NCBI GenBank assembly: GCA_964570585.1
Contig: CAZMYR010000006.1
Location: 1,636-65,635 of the forward strand
From: an uncultured Planctomycetia bacterium
Lineage (GTDB): Bacteria; Omnitrophota; Gorgyraeia; JABMRG01; JAFGKX01
Reading direction: 5' to 3'
Length of the DNA stretch: 64,000 bases
In this document: in pieces, positions 1-8,535 of the stretch
Numbering within the stretch: the stretch's first letter is position 1
Layout: every line of letters begins with the position of its first letter
Translations under genes and position numbers: made by a program
Notes under the pieces: model-generated
The model's database searches: none
Told to the model about the DNA's origin: nothing
The model's input: the letters and a program-made list of their open reading frames with translations, nothing else

Positions 1-264
1 AGCATATTGGCGGGCAATCTTTTCCGGAATTAATTTCACTACCTTAGGATCTATCTTAAATCTGGACAAATTTAATACCGGTATATTAAGTTCTGAACTT
101 AAAAGGGCAGCTAAATCTTTCTGGCTGATTGCCTCTTTATCAACGAGTAATTTACCGAGATTGCCGCCTTCCCTCTTCTGCTTATCGATTGCCTGGGCAA
201 GGTCTTTTTCGGAGACCAGCTTGCTCTCTTTTAATATCTCTATCAATTTTTCATGCAATCGCAT
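1..264 (-). CDS. Partial CDS (N-terminus only; gene continues beyond the window start): MshEN / T2SS-E N-terminal-domain protein, a probable c-di-GMP-binding domain
   Basis: Minus-strand translation from ATG at 264-262 gives MRLHEKLIEILKESKLVSEKDLAQAIDKQKREGGNLGKLLVDKEAISQKDLAALLSSELNIPVLNLSRFKIDPKVVKLIPEKIARQYA. This matches the N-terminal domain of GspE/MshE and the paralogs at 4533-4988 and 23396-24259. Start sits 3 nt after the stop of the upstream gene. Confidence 0.5.
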   Translation of the reverse strand, partial: MRLHEKLIEILKESKLVSEKDLAQAIDKQKREGGNLGKLLVDKEAISQKDLAALLSSELNIPVLNLSRFKIDPKVVKLIPEKIARQYA

Positions 265-266
265 TA

Positions 267-1955
267 TCATCTTAAAAGCACCACTCCAAGAACCCTGGCG
301 TTAATCTCGCCCAAAATTTTATAATTTCTTAACAGAAACTCTCTTTCGGTCTTCTTGGCTGCTGCGCCAAGAAGGACACCATCTACTATAGATGCCATAG
401 TAGCACAAGGCACAGATTCCGCTATAGCAGGTGAATCTATAATAATTACATCAAATTTTTCTTTTAAACTTGCCATTAAATCGTTTAATTGCTGTTTTTC
501 TAAAGTATTCGCATCCTCGATGTTTAAAATTTTAAGATTCTTTATAACTGTATCGTAAAATGAAAAGGGCTGTTGTTCGCGGCCAGCTTGTCCCGCCTGT
601 CCCGAACGCATGTGAGGGAAACGAATGTGAGGGGAGGCCGCTCCTACGGTATTTTCAGCAGCTAAAAGACGATTGTATTTTTTGCGTTTACCGTTAACAT
701 TTATCAGCGCGACTTTACCGCCGATAAATGTCATAGAAATGGCTAAGTTTGCGGCCAAAAGGTCCCCTTCCTTTAAAAGCGAACTGTAAAGAATAGATTT
801 TAAGGGGGTGGCCAGATTTATAAATTGTATATTAGAACGTAATATCTCAAAAGATTTGATAACAGCCGGATTTTTAGGATAATCGAGCAATAACCCGGAA
901 GCAGGCCGCTTTTTTGGCTTTATAATTGTGCTTAAAGTCCTTATGCCTAAATCACGTTTTATTTCATTTTCGTTCCAGACAGTCTTATCCAAGCTTGCGG
1001 TTATAGAGCCGGCTAAAAATGCTATTATGATACCAACTGCCAGCTTACCCGATAAATCCAGGAATTTTGTCTTCATAATATCAACATCGATGATTTTCGA
1101 CGCACTTATAATATTTCCGACAATTTGCCTCTCCGGTAATGTCGTTGCTTTTTTTAATGAATTATATCTTTCCGAAAGCTTATCGAACAATTTCCCTTTC
1201 CTCTGATAATCGTCCTTTAATATTGTTTCTCTTTTATGTTCTTCCACTAATATAGTTTGTTTGTTATTTAATTGTTCGGTTTTCTCGGTTACCTGATTAA
1301 CAATTTCTTTAATCTGAGGGTGCTCTTCGGTATACACCGTGCGCATTTTCGAAAGGCTGGCCTTTAGTTCGCTTATTTCTCTTTTTAACTGCCTGGTATC
1401 ATCCGCTATTCTTTTTTCTTGAAAATTCTCAAGGGCAATTCTGGCAGCGTCAAAACCAACCTTTGCTTCCTTAAGTTCGCTATTTAGAGATTTAAGTTGT
1501 TGTTTTCCAGACTCATAAATCTCTGCTTGCATAGCTTGCCTTTCTTTGGCGGCTGCATCTAAATAAATGGTTGCAATTTCATTAGCAATTACCTTGAGCC
1601 CGTGTCTTTCTGTTGTGGCTAATTCAATGTTTAATATATCTTTGTCTTTAATAGTAATATTGAGATTATTCTTAATAAAGGTGAGTTCCGTTTCAATTTC
1701 GATTTTCGAAAGGTCAGCTTTTCTTAAGGCACTGATTAACAATTCCTTACTGCTTAAAATATTAATCTGTTCAGACAGCCATTTCATCCGTTCTATATGT
1801 GTTTGTATATAATCCGGGGGATTCAACTTCATCTTTAAGGAGAGCTTATAATGAGGCTTTATAGTCTGAATAGGAATGAATAACGGTAAAACGGCTAATA
1901 GCAGCAGCCATCTTCTTCTTTGAAAGGCCCTCTGCATTTGACGGAATAGTGCCAT
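267..1955 (-). CDS. Polysaccharide co-polymerase (Wzz/chain-length-determinant-like) with coiled coil, two TM segments and a C-terminal BY-kinase-like domain with degenerate Walker motifs
   Basis: N-terminal TM, long coiled coil, second TM (LAVGIIIAFLAGSITASL). The C-terminal segment SSLLKEGDLLAANLAISMTFIGGKVALINVNGKRKK aligns to the Wzc Walker A region (SSLPGEGKSTTAANLAIS...GKRVLLIDADLRRP), but the P-loop Lys/Ser and the DxD are lost. Walker B-like VIIIDSPAIA is retained. Confidence 0.5.
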   Translation of the reverse strand: MALFRQMQRAFQRRRWLLLLAVLPLFIPIQTIKPHYKLSLKMKLNPPDYIQTHIERMKWLSEQINILSSKELLISALRKADLSKIEIETELTFIKNNLNITIKDKDILNIELATTERHGLKVIANEIATIYLDAAAKERQAMQAEIYESGKQQLKSLNSELKEAKVGFDAARIALENFQEKRIADDTRQLKREISELKASLSKMRTVYTEEHPQIKEIVNQVTEKTEQLNNKQTILVEEHKRETILKDDYQRKGKLFDKLSERYNSLKKATTLPERQIVGNIISASKIIDVDIMKTKFLDLSGKLAVGIIIAFLAGSITASLDKTVWNENEIKRDLGIRTLSTIIKPKKRPASGLLLDYPKNPAVIKSFEILRSNIQFINLATPLKSILYSSLLKEGDLLAANLAISMTFIGGKVALINVNGKRKKYNRLLAAENTVGAASPHIRFPHMRSGQAGQAGREQQPFSFYDTVIKNLKILNIEDANTLEKQQLNDLMASLKEKFDVIIIDSPAIAESVPCATMASIVDGVLLGAAAKKTEREFLLRNYKILGEINARVLGVVLLR

Positions 1956-2359
1956 TATCTTTTCCTTTCCTCTATTATCCTCAATGCCTCCTTCATGCTA
2001 AATGGCTTATATAATATCGAATGAATTTGAGTTTTTAGCGGAGCAGTTATCAGTTCTTCTGCCATAATGCGATAACCTGTCATTATTATAACACCGCAAT
2101 CAGGGTTTTTGTCTTTAATGCGTTTAAAAGTTTCAACCCCGTTTAATCCGGTCATCTTGATATCCAGAAAAACAAAATCAAACTTTTCGGCATCTGTTTT
2201 TTTAATGGCTTCTAATCCATCTTTGGCCACATTAACCGTATAACCCTTTTTGGATAAATAAGCGTCAAAGAGTTCCCTTATCTCTTTCTCGTCATCAACC
2301 ACCAGTATCTTTTTTGCATCTGCCATTGCTCCCTCCGATATCAAAGAGTATGGTGCCAT
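1955..2359 (-). CDS. Single-domain response regulator receiver protein (CheY-like)
   Basis: KKILVVDDEKEIRELF...FDFVFLDIKMTGLNG...IIMTGY; the phospho-acceptor Asp context is conserved. Confidence 0.75.
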   Translation of the reverse strand: MAPYSLISEGAMADAKKILVVDDEKEIRELFDAYLSKKGYTVNVAKDGLEAIKKTDAEKFDFVFLDIKMTGLNGVETFKRIKDKNPDCGVIIMTGYRIMAEELITAPLKTQIHSILYKPFSMKEALRIIEERKR

Positions 2360-2372
2360 GCACCACCTACTG

Positions 2373-2663
2373 TTAAAACGTCTCTATATCATTCAGTATA
2401 TTTCCCGTAACTGCGTCCAGTTCTTTTTTTGCCTTTTCCTTTTCCTCCCCGCTGCCCGGAAATAGATTTATTATGTTTTTATTCATTATGGTCTGCTGTC
2501 TGCTGGCAAACTTAAGGTATATCCTTATTCCTTCAATACCTCTTTTGATCAATGCGGCGCAATGCAATAATACAAAAAAGACGATAATAATAAATATGCC
2601 CATAACCACCGTCGCGTAAGCCATTATCGCGTCTGTGACTCTAACCGTATGTATTAGTTCCAT
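2373..2663 (-). CDS. Hypothetical small membrane protein
   Basis: 96 aa ORF with one strongly hydrophobic helix (VVMGIFIIIVFFVLL); no recognisable motif. Confidence 0.3.
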   Translation of the reverse strand: MELIHTVRVTDAIMAYATVVMGIFIIIVFFVLLHCAALIKRGIEGIRIYLKFASRQQTIMNKNIINLFPGSGEEKEKAKKELDAVTGNILNDIETF

Positions 2664-2680
2664 CGTATACTCCTCTATTA

Positions 2681-2814
2681 GAAATCCTAAATCCTAAACT
2701 CCAAATCCTAAACAAATCCAAAACTCCAAACTCAAAATCCAAAATCTCCGTTTTGAGTTTTGTGTTTTGTATTTTGTGCTTGTTTAGAGTTTCGAGTTTA
2801 GTGTTTAGTGTTTT
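2681..2814. repeat. Long low-complexity word-palindrome (hairpin): left arm of reiterated AAATCC/AAACTCC words, right arm of mirrored GTTTTG/GAGTTT words
   Basis: gaaatcctaaatcctaaactccaaatcctaaacaaatccaaaactccaaactcaaaatccaaaatctccg followed by ttttgagttttgtgttttgtattttgtgcttgtttagagtttcgagtttagtgtttagtgttttat. It lies between two minus-strand genes. Confidence 0.7.
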
Positions 2815-2833
2815 ATCGTATCGTCTCCTCGCC

Positions 2834-4549
2834 TCACCCTTTATCTGCCATTGTTACTCTCGCAACCTCTTCGAGAGTGGTTATTCCTACCCTGGCTTTA
2901 TTTAGGCCGTCTTCCCTTAGGGTTATCATGCCTTCCTTGCGGGCCTGCTCCTTAATTTCTGATTCTGAAACCTTATCCATTACCAATGCCCGTATGGTAG
3001 GGGTTAAAGCAATAACTTCTATAATGCCGATTCTACCTTTATAACCTGTGTCCAGACAAAAATCACATCCTCCTCCTTTATAGAATTTATCCTTTGCGCC
3101 TTTGGATAAATTAAATTCTTTTCTAATAGAATCATTAATTTCATAAGGTTCTTTGCATTTTGTACAAATTTTACGAATGAGCCTTTGGGCAGCGATTAAG
3201 ATTACCGATGAACTGATCAGGAAAGGTTCAATCCCCATATTGACCGCTCTGGTAATAGCCCCGGCAGCTGTATTGGTGTGCAGGGTGCTTAAAACCAGAT
3301 GGCCTGTCAGGGCTGCTTTAATAGCGATGTCTGCTGTCTCATAGTCTCTTATCTCCCCGACCATTATTATATCGGGGTCTTGTCTCAGCATAGAGCGCAA
3401 AGTTGCTGCAAAAGTCAAACCTATCTCCGGTCTTGCGTTAACCTGATTTATACCCGGTAAATCAAATTCTACAGGGTCTTCTACAGTTAACATATTTTTC
3501 TCCGGCGTTTCAATATACTTAAGGATAGAATACAATGAGGTTGTTTTACCGCAACCGGTAGGGCCGCAGACCAATATCATACCGTGAGGACGCATAGCTG
3601 CCTTTTTAAGTTCTTCCAAAGACCTTCCTTCAAAACCTAATTTTTCTATATCAAGAGTGACTTGTGATTTATCCAATATTCTTAGGCTGGCCTTCTCGCC
3701 ATAACTGCTGGGTAGAATAGCTATCCTGAAATCTACAAATCTATCTTTGAACTTTATTTTAAAACGGCCATCTTGAGGTAATCGATGCTCAGCTATATTT
3801 AATTCTGACATAACTTTTATTCTGGAGATGACTGCATCATGTATACGTTTAGGCAATGTCCTGGCCTTCTGTAAAAGGCCGTCGATACGGTATCTGATTC
3901 GGGTAACATCCTCTAAGGGCTCGATTAGAACATCACTCGCTTTTAATCCGATTGCCTCTGCTAATATCATATTGGTAACTTTAACTACCGGGACTTCTTC
4001 TATCATTCGTCTGAGTTCTGAAACTGTGAGCTGCTTTGCTCCAACAACTTCGGTAGTAATAGATTCCGGTTTCTCCATAACCCTTACTACTTCCTCTATT
4101 GCTTTACGGGTATGTGCGGCATAATATTGTTCTATGGCATCCAGTATCTCTTTAGCCGTTGCGATGACTACCCTTATCTGAAAACCGGTCAGTGAAGCTA
4201 TGTCATCTATCGCAAAGACATTCAACGGGTCAACCATTGCTATTGTTAAGTTTTTTTCAATTTTAGATATTGGAATTATTTCATAACGGCGAGCTATCTC
4301 TTTAGAAACTAATTCTGTTACTGAAGGGTCTATCCTGTATTTTTCCAGGCTTATGGCGGGGGTATTTAAATTCTGGCTTAGAACAGAAACAAGGTCTTGC
4401 TCTTTAACATAACCTAAATTTACTAAAATTTGACTTAATTTTCCACCCTGTTCCCTCTGGACCCTTAAGGCCTCATCTAATTGCTTTTTGCTGAGCAGTT
4501 TTTTTTCCAGCAACGTACTGGTTATTCTTTGCTTAAGGGTTTGAGGCAT
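2834..4549 (-). CDS. gspE: Type II secretion / type IV pilus assembly ATPase (GspE/PilB/MshE family) with N-terminal MshEN domain and C-terminal tetracysteine zinc motif
   Basis: Walker A GPTGCGKTT; Asp box and His box; N-terminal LSQILVNLGYV...IDPSVTELVSKEIARRYEIIPI (MshEN); C-terminal CTKCKEPY...GGGCDFC...GYKGRIGIIEV. Confidence 0.85.
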   Translation of the reverse strand: MPQTLKQRITSTLLEKKLLSKKQLDEALRVQREQGGKLSQILVNLGYVKEQDLVSVLSQNLNTPAISLEKYRIDPSVTELVSKEIARRYEIIPISKIEKNLTIAMVDPLNVFAIDDIASLTGFQIRVVIATAKEILDAIEQYYAAHTRKAIEEVVRVMEKPESITTEVVGAKQLTVSELRRMIEEVPVVKVTNMILAEAIGLKASDVLIEPLEDVTRIRYRIDGLLQKARTLPKRIHDAVISRIKVMSELNIAEHRLPQDGRFKIKFKDRFVDFRIAILPSSYGEKASLRILDKSQVTLDIEKLGFEGRSLEELKKAAMRPHGMILVCGPTGCGKTTSLYSILKYIETPEKNMLTVEDPVEFDLPGINQVNARPEIGLTFAATLRSMLRQDPDIIMVGEIRDYETADIAIKAALTGHLVLSTLHTNTAAGAITRAVNMGIEPFLISSSVILIAAQRLIRKICTKCKEPYEINDSIRKEFNLSKGAKDKFYKGGGCDFCLDTGYKGRIGIIEVIALTPTIRALVMDKVSESEIKEQARKEGMITLREDGLNKARVGITTLEEVARVTMADKG

Positions 4550-4988
4550 AGTATTTTGTAATTGTTGCTTTTATGTCGCCTTGAGTGCTTACAAATGTCT
4601 GGACTTTACAGTTTGTAATAAGCTCTATATCTTCTATAGCATGTAGATTAAGCGGATTGGACATTGCCACCGTAAGAGAATTACCCACTTTGTCTATTGC
4701 AATCAGGGCGTATTGCTCCGCTACGTTCCGGGGTATAAGTTTTACTATCTCCGGGTCAATTTCGTAATTTTTAAGGGGTAAATATGGGAAACCATATTGC
4801 GTAGTCAAGGCCTGAGCGATTTGTTCTTCCGTAGCAAATCCCAGCAAAACCAATATACTCCCCAGAAGGCCGCCTTTCTCTTTCTGTATCTGCAGGGCTT
4901 TTTGAAGTTCGGGCTCTTTTATTATCTTTCGTTCAACCAAAAGCTCCCCAAGCTTCTTGGTTATCATTCTTCTGGGGGGGGTTATCAT
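4533..4988 (-). CDS. Stand-alone MshEN-domain protein (predicted c-di-GMP receptor); paralog of the N-terminus of 23396-24259
   Basis: 151 aa; RRMITKKLGELLVERKIIKEPELQKALQIQKEKGG...QYGFPYLPLKNYEIDPEIVKLIPRNVAEQYALIAIDKVGNSLTVAMSNPLNLHAIEDIE...CKVQTF. It is nearly collinear with residues 1-150 of the MshEN-PilZ protein. Confidence 0.6.
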   Translation of the reverse strand: MITPPRRMITKKLGELLVERKIIKEPELQKALQIQKEKGGLLGSILVLLGFATEEQIAQALTTQYGFPYLPLKNYEIDPEIVKLIPRNVAEQYALIAIDKVGNSLTVAMSNPLNLHAIEDIELITNCKVQTFVSTQGDIKATITKYYASNP

Positions 4989-5015
4989 AAGCTTATCCGC
5001 TCCTCATTCTCATCT

Positions 5016-5086
5016 AGGATTAAGTTGTAAGAATTAAGGATTAACTTTTCCCTGCTTAATCCTTAATTCTTAATCCTTAATCCTTT
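5016..5086. repeat. Word-palindrome hairpin (GGATTAAG / CTTAATCC words)
   Basis: aggattaagttgtaagaattaaggattaac ttttccctg cttaatccttaattcttaatccttaatcct. The right arm overlaps the last codons of the GGDEF gene. Confidence 0.7.
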
Positions 5087-6567
5087 TTAATGGCTTCCTG
5101 AAGGCGATGCTGGGCTTTCATTATTAGTTCTGCCGCAGAAGCTCCGTCAATAGGATTCTCGCTGATGCCTCCGCAGGCACTAAGTATTTGTAGATCCTGC
5201 CTTGCTTTTGGGTCTATTACTAATTCCGATATCTTTTTCCTGACCTCTTCACTTATTACGCCGGCTTCTCTTTTATTCCTCTCAGGAAGGACTATAGCGA
5301 ATTCGTCATCTGCAAATCTGGCAGCTTTATCTACCGGAGTCAGGTTATCTGCTATTAATTTGGCAATCTTTTTAAGGGCTGACTCTCCGGCCATTCTGCC
5401 CCGCTGGTTACAATAGTTCCCGAAGTCCTTTATTTTATAAATTATAAACGAACATGGCCTTTGATATATTACCGAGCGTTTTATCTCTTCTTCGAGCCTC
5501 ACCTTTATATAACTTTCATTATATAGCCCGGTCAATTCATCCATAACTTCTAATTCCTCCGCTTTCTTGATAAGGGCGTCATTTTCAAGGGCTATGGTAA
5601 CTTGCTTTACAAGGACCTTAAGAAGCTCTATGTCATCTTTTTTAAAAATGTGGTTATCTTTTCTATTTCCTGTCAGCAAAATACCTTTGCATTTTTCATG
5701 CAGCACAACTGGCAGAATTATAACATTTTTAAGCTCGTAGTTTTTCTGTAGCTCTTCTATCTCATGGGTTATTTTTGTATTCTTATCTATAATAATGTCT
5801 TTAATCTCAACGGCTGCTTCACCCAATAAACCGTGCCCCAAGCGTACCGGCCGTTTTACAACCTCGGTAGATTTAAAATTTACTAATGCAGCAGGTTCGA
5901 GTGTATTTGTCTCCTCATTTATAATCATTATAACCGCAGGATTAGAATCTTCTACATGCGATACTTTTTCAACAAGCAGGTCCATTATATTCTGCAGTTC
6001 TCCCCCCGCAGAAATAAGACTGCCAAACTGAAGCAACCCGGAAAGCGCCATTACTTTTTTATTTATCTCTATATTAATCTCTTTTGTCCTCTCTCCGTAA
6101 TTTTTAAGTTCGGTAATGTTATCTCTTATTCTTTGGGTCATAACATTAATCGATTTGCCTAATTCACCGATTTCATCTTCCCTGGTTACCTTTATATGAT
6201 GTTCAAAGTCTCCGCCGGCAATCTTTTTTGCATCGAGAGCCATCCCGACAATCGACTCAATCATTTCTCTGGCAAGATATAAACCAAGGCCTGTTACAAT
6301 TATTGTGATAAATATAACCATGCTAATCGGTCCTATATCGGTATAGCCGTATTTCGGAAATATAAAATTAGTGGCTAAATAGGCACATATCAGTAATGGT
6401 ATTATGGACATAAGCGAGAAGGCTATCGTCAATTTGTATCGTAACGGTTTTGGAACCAAAGACATTTGCTTAAAGAATTTTTCCATTTTATCTCCTCCTA
6501 TCGACTTTAAATGTCGCAGAAAAGTTTTAAAAATTCTCCCTTTTTTGTGCTTGGTTTCTTGCCTCAA
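5077..6567 (-). CDS. Membrane-anchored HAMP-GAF-GGDEF protein with degenerate active-site motif (RFADDEF instead of RYGGEEF); likely non-catalytic
   Basis: Two N-terminal TM helices, a HAMP-like segment (IGELGKSINVMTQRIRDNITELK), a GAF-like middle, and a C-terminal GGDEF fold (RGRMAGESALKKIAKLIADNL...ARFADDEFAIVLPE). The likely true start is the internal Met (MEKFFKQMSL). Confidence 0.7.
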   Translation of the reverse strand: MRQETKHKKGRIFKTFLRHLKSIGGDKMEKFFKQMSLVPKPLRYKLTIAFSLMSIIPLLICAYLATNFIFPKYGYTDIGPISMVIFITIIVTGLGLYLAREMIESIVGMALDAKKIAGGDFEHHIKVTREDEIGELGKSINVMTQRIRDNITELKNYGERTKEINIEINKKVMALSGLLQFGSLISAGGELQNIMDLLVEKVSHVEDSNPAVIMIINEETNTLEPAALVNFKSTEVVKRPVRLGHGLLGEAAVEIKDIIIDKNTKITHEIEELQKNYELKNVIILPVVLHEKCKGILLTGNRKDNHIFKKDDIELLKVLVKQVTIALENDALIKKAEELEVMDELTGLYNESYIKVRLEEEIKRSVIYQRPCSFIIYKIKDFGNYCNQRGRMAGESALKKIAKLIADNLTPVDKAARFADDEFAIVLPERNKREAGVISEEVRKKISELVIDPKARQDLQILSACGGISENPIDGASAAELIMKAQHRLQEAIKKD

Positions 6568-6586
6568 TTTCGCATAAATCTTAGTG

Positions 6587-6940
6587 TTACGACGCTTGCG
6601 AAAGGTCCTTTAAAATTCGTTCCACCTCTGCTTTGAGTGTTGGGATATCCTTTTTTGTTGTAGACCAAACTGCGTCGATATCTACTCCAAAATAATCATG
6701 GATGAGCTTATCTCGCATTCCTACTATATCTTTCCAGGGGATATGGGGATATTTGCTTCGTAAATTAGAGGAAACTCTCTTGGCTGCCTCTCCGATGATT
6801 TCGACTTGTCGAATAACCCCATCCTGGAGAAGTAAGGTTTTGCTAAAGGTCTCTTGCTCAACCCCTGAGATATATTCTTCAATTCTAGCAATTGCATCTA
6901 AAATATGCTTTAGGTAGACTGTATCATCCCGTTCTTTCAT
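6587..6940 (-). CDS. hepT: HepT-like toxin (DUF86, HEPN-fold RNase) of a HepT/MntA toxin-antitoxin pair
   Basis: Rx4HxY motif [12 protein letters not shown] near the C-terminus; 117 aa; overlaps the upstream MntA gene by 17 nt. Confidence 0.7.
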   Translation of the reverse strand: MKERDDTVYLKHILDAIARIEEYISGVEQETFSKTLLLQDGVIRQVEIIGEAAKRVSSNLRSKYPHIPWKDIVGMRDKLIHDYFGVDIDAVWSTTKKDIPTLKAEVERILKDLSQAS

Positions 6941-7223
6941 AAAATACCTCCATCTCTTTTTTAATCCTGCCTCTTAAATAAGGGCTGATAGAGGCCTCGG
7001 TTAAAAGGTCTATCTTTCTGCCTAAAGCTTCTGAAAGCACTCTTTCGATCCTTACAAGCTCAAGCAAGCTTTTGGATTTTGAAAAACGAACTAAAAGATC
7101 GATATCACTATTCTTTCTAAAGTCTCCCTTTACAAAAGAGCCAAATAGCGCTAAGAATACAATATCGTTGCTTTTGCATATTCCGAGTAACTTGTCTTTG
7201 TTGTTAGTAATAAGGGCTCTCAT
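6924..7223 (-). CDS. mntA: MntA-like minimal nucleotidyltransferase antitoxin
   Basis: [18 protein letters not shown] (GSx9-DxD nucleotidyltransferase signature); 99 aa. Confidence 0.7.
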   Translation of the reverse strand: MRALITNNKDKLLGICKSNDIVFLALFGSFVKGDFRKNSDIDLLVRFSKSKSLLELVRIERVLSEALGRKIDLLTEASISPYLRGRIKKEMEVFYERTG

Positions 7224-7377
7224 AATTCTCTTTCCCTCTCGCTTATTTGTTCTCCTATAATATGTTCGTTCTTTTCCAGGGTCTGACCCTGTTAATCACA
7301 GAAATAGTTTACTATATGTGTTATTTAAAGTCAAGATAGGAAAATAAGTAAAGAATTGATTCTGGTGGGTGGATTAG

Positions 7378-7938
7378 TTAATTGTTGTTATGCTTATAAC
7401 GATCAAGTAATCTTTTAATATCCTCTTCGGCTGACCTGGATACCATGGCGCCTACAAAGATGAGAACAGAAAGCTGCCAGCAGTCTTCCGGACCTATTAT
7501 AAGGCCAGTGTGGACATCTTCTGCACGCTGAAGTCCGTCTTTATAATGTCCGATAGCCTTCTTTAGGAGCCCTTCATAAATATCAATCAGCGATGTTTGA
7601 TTATTATATTTTAGCGAAGGAAAGCGTACCCCTCTTATTAACAGAAAATCGATTACTTTGTTACTATTTACATCCAGGTCATCTTCAAATTCAAAACCCT
7701 GCAATTGAGGGGGGTTTCCCGGTAAGATAATGGTGGGCTTTTCCACCAGGATCTTGCCTTTTCTTACTACAGTATCGCCTATATTTAAGGTCGATTCTGC
7801 TAAAAATATATAAGGGATTTCTGTATGGGTGAAGGTCTCCAGCAGGCGGATTCGCGTTCTCATTATCTCTGTATTTTTTATGGCCTTTTGCCACATCTCT
7901 TGTATATCCATAGGACTAGGAATGCACCGTTTGGGCAA
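7378..7938 (-). CDS. Hypothetical protein (no recognisable domain); probable true start at Met10 (coordinate 7911), because the first 9 codons are a translated family-A repeat arm
   Basis: The ORF N-terminus MPKRCIPSP is encoded by cccaaacggtgcattccta, the family-A repeat arm. An Rx4H (LQRAEDVH) is present but not diagnostic. Confidence 0.3.
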   Translation of the reverse strand: MPKRCIPSPMDIQEMWQKAIKNTEIMRTRIRLLETFTHTEIPYIFLAESTLNIGDTVVRKGKILVEKPTIILPGNPPQLQGFEFEDDLDVNSNKVIDFLLIRGVRFPSLKYNNQTSLIDIYEGLLKKAIGHYKDGLQRAEDVHTGLIIGPEDCWQLSVLIFVGAMVSRSAEEDIKRLLDRYKHNNN

Positions 7939-8008
7939 TTAAATACGATAATTGATTATAACAAATAAGATACCAAAGTCAAACAAAACTTCCAGGTTGT
8001 ATAGAATT

Positions 8009-8446
8009 TCAAAACGCACTGTGTAAATGCATATAAATTTCTCTTATATGGTTAAACGTTTCTATATAACCTTTGGTTTTATAATCCGGGTATGTCCATT
8101 CAAATGGTTGAAAACTCCCTTTCTTAAAGTATAATGTTACTTCCGCAAAAATTCCCCTATCTAAATATATACGGTGGTAATAATTTTCAGTTGTGGCTAA
8201 GACTAATTTTGAAGCAGTGACATAACCGGGGTCTATATTTATCAAGCGCTTACCATTTTTAGAATATCTTTTTTCGAGCTTATTTGTAAAAAGCTTTATT
8301 TTAGCTAATTTGGTAGGGGCTATCAATTCGGAGAAACTTAAAAACTGCCTTTTAAGACTAGGGCCCATCTCTTTCCGATAATAATCAGTCAGGTTAAAAT
8401 CATAAATCGGGCTTTTGTAATCTACGGCGCCAAATTTTTTACTCAA
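8009..8446 (-). CDS. Hypothetical protein, DUF4416-like (memory-based, low confidence); TTG start in the ORF track, but the frame stays open for 34 more codons upstream
   Basis: ORF-track product MSKKFGAVDYKSPIYDF...GYVTASKLVLATTENYYHRIYLDRGIFAEV. Upstream in-frame extension TQGISGQIRRVLPVKLISGIITSDENNFDIVQGI has no ATG/GTG/TTG. Confidence 0.3.
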   Translation of the reverse strand: MSKKFGAVDYKSPIYDFNLTDYYRKEMGPSLKRQFLSFSELIAPTKLAKIKLFTNKLEKRYSKNGKRLINIDPGYVTASKLVLATTENYYHRIYLDRGIFAEVTLYFKKGSFQPFEWTYPDYKTKGYIETFNHIREIYMHLHSAF

Positions 8447-8535
8447 GATACCCTGGACTATATCAAAATTATTTTCATCACTAGTTATAATGCCTGAAAT
8501 TAACTTTACCGGTAAAACTCTGCGTATCTGCCCAC

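Noticed and set aside
2681-2814. Word-palindromes as canonical Rho-independent terminators
   Set aside because: Most lack a 3' U-tract on the transcribed strand and have very long, imperfect, AT-rich stems. They are listed as repeats with possible terminator function rather than called terminators.
7691-7894. 67-aa ORF nested in 7378-7938 (same strand, other frame)
   Set aside because: Fully contained in a longer ORF, with no independent start signals.
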